This document shows positions 35,450 through 35,972 of a DNA stretch of 35,972 nt, one piece after another; the stretch's first letter is position 1, and each line of letters starts with the position of its first letter. The notes beneath the pieces were generated by a model. The model did not search any database. It was not told the DNA's origin and saw only the letters and a list, made by a program, of their open reading frames with translations. The stretch is from a virus (lineage: Duplodnaviria; Caudoviricetes), in IMG/VR virus record IMGVR_UViG_3300042366_000722, positions 1-35,972 of that record; one strand, 5' to 3'. A program made the position numbers and the translations under genes.

Positions 35450-35972
35450 TTAGCGCCTCGCTGCAAGGAAGGGGAAATCGCCTACTTCGTCGGGCGTGTC
35501 TTCCTGCCCGTCAACCGCTTTGGCTTGTTTCAGCAGGAGGGTGAATTCCTGATACACCGAGTCGCGCAGGCTGGTTGATTTGGTCAGGGCGTAGGCCATC
35601 GAGAAGGCCATGTAGCGCGTCATGCACTCGACCAGTTGCGAATCCCAGCTTGCAACATCCTCGTTGTCGTAGATGTATTTCAAATAGGCCGGATTGTCGT
35701 CAATGAGAATCTTGCGGCCTTCGAGCTTGTATTCGGGCACGTCGCCGTCCAGGCCGACCGACAGCACGCGCAGGCAATCGCCGGGCAGGGTAAATTGATA
35801 CGTCCAGTCGAAAGCGGGAGCGGCCACGTCCGGCGCCAGTGCGGCGCGCTTGATGGCGCAGTTCCACGGATGCGAGCGCAGCACCGCCTGGCGGGAGTTG
35901 TCCCACAGGTTAGAGCAGATCGTCGCCCGGTCGGAGTTCTCGGAGAACGATGCGATGCTGGATTGCCCGAGC
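35450..35972 (-). CDS. Tail tubular protein A, 3' part (start at 171 across the circular junction)
   Basis: HPWNCAIKR...YQFTLPGDCLRV...AKAVDGQE; open to the window end. Confidence 0.85.
   Translation of the reverse strand, partial: LGQSSIASFSENSDRATICSNLWDNSRQAVLRSHPWNCAIKRAALAPDVAAPAFDWTYQFTLPGDCLRVLSVGLDGDVPEYKLEGRKILIDDNPAYLKYIYDNEDVASWDSQLVECMTRYMAFSMAYALTKSTSLRDSVYQEFTLLLKQAKAVDGQEDTPDEVGDFPFLAARR
35846..35972. repeat. Terminal direct repeat, right copy
   Basis: Identical to 1-127. Confidence 0.95.

Noticed and set aside
35846-35972. Biological terminal repeat as in T7
   Set aside because: 127 bp equals a common assembler k-mer and falls mid-gene; most likely a circular assembly overlap

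Overview
The window is an apparently complete, circularly permuted ~35.8 kb temperate podovirus genome; bases 1-127 are repeated exactly at 35846-35972, and the tail tubular A gene runs across the junction. The virion module is T7-like / BPP-1-epsilon15-like and lies on the minus strand: portal, scaffold, major capsid, tail tubular A and B, internal (ejection) proteins, terminase, tail fibre and a holin-endolysin-Rz/Rz1 cassette. The phage also has a lambdoid cI/cro switch, a primase-helicase with an adjacent iteron-like origin, Sak4/SSB/Gp157 recombination genes, and xis-int next to an attP matching the 3' part of tRNA-Leu(UAA). The standout feature is a complete integron in the early operon: an IntI-family integrase (17453-18496), an attI-like site (~17362-17424) and one 417-bp cassette with a 67-bp attC (16948-17014). 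The cassette gene is inverted relative to its attC, so it is co-transcribed with the phage early genes and intI. It has no stop codon of its own, and the AAC crossover triplet is in frame at both junctions. Secondary observations are an ADP-ribosyltransferase-like domain in an ejection protein, a structured RNA leader ahead of the capsid gene, and a conserved bipartite motif upstream of two late gene blocks. All calls come from reading sequence and motifs by eye; no database searches were run.
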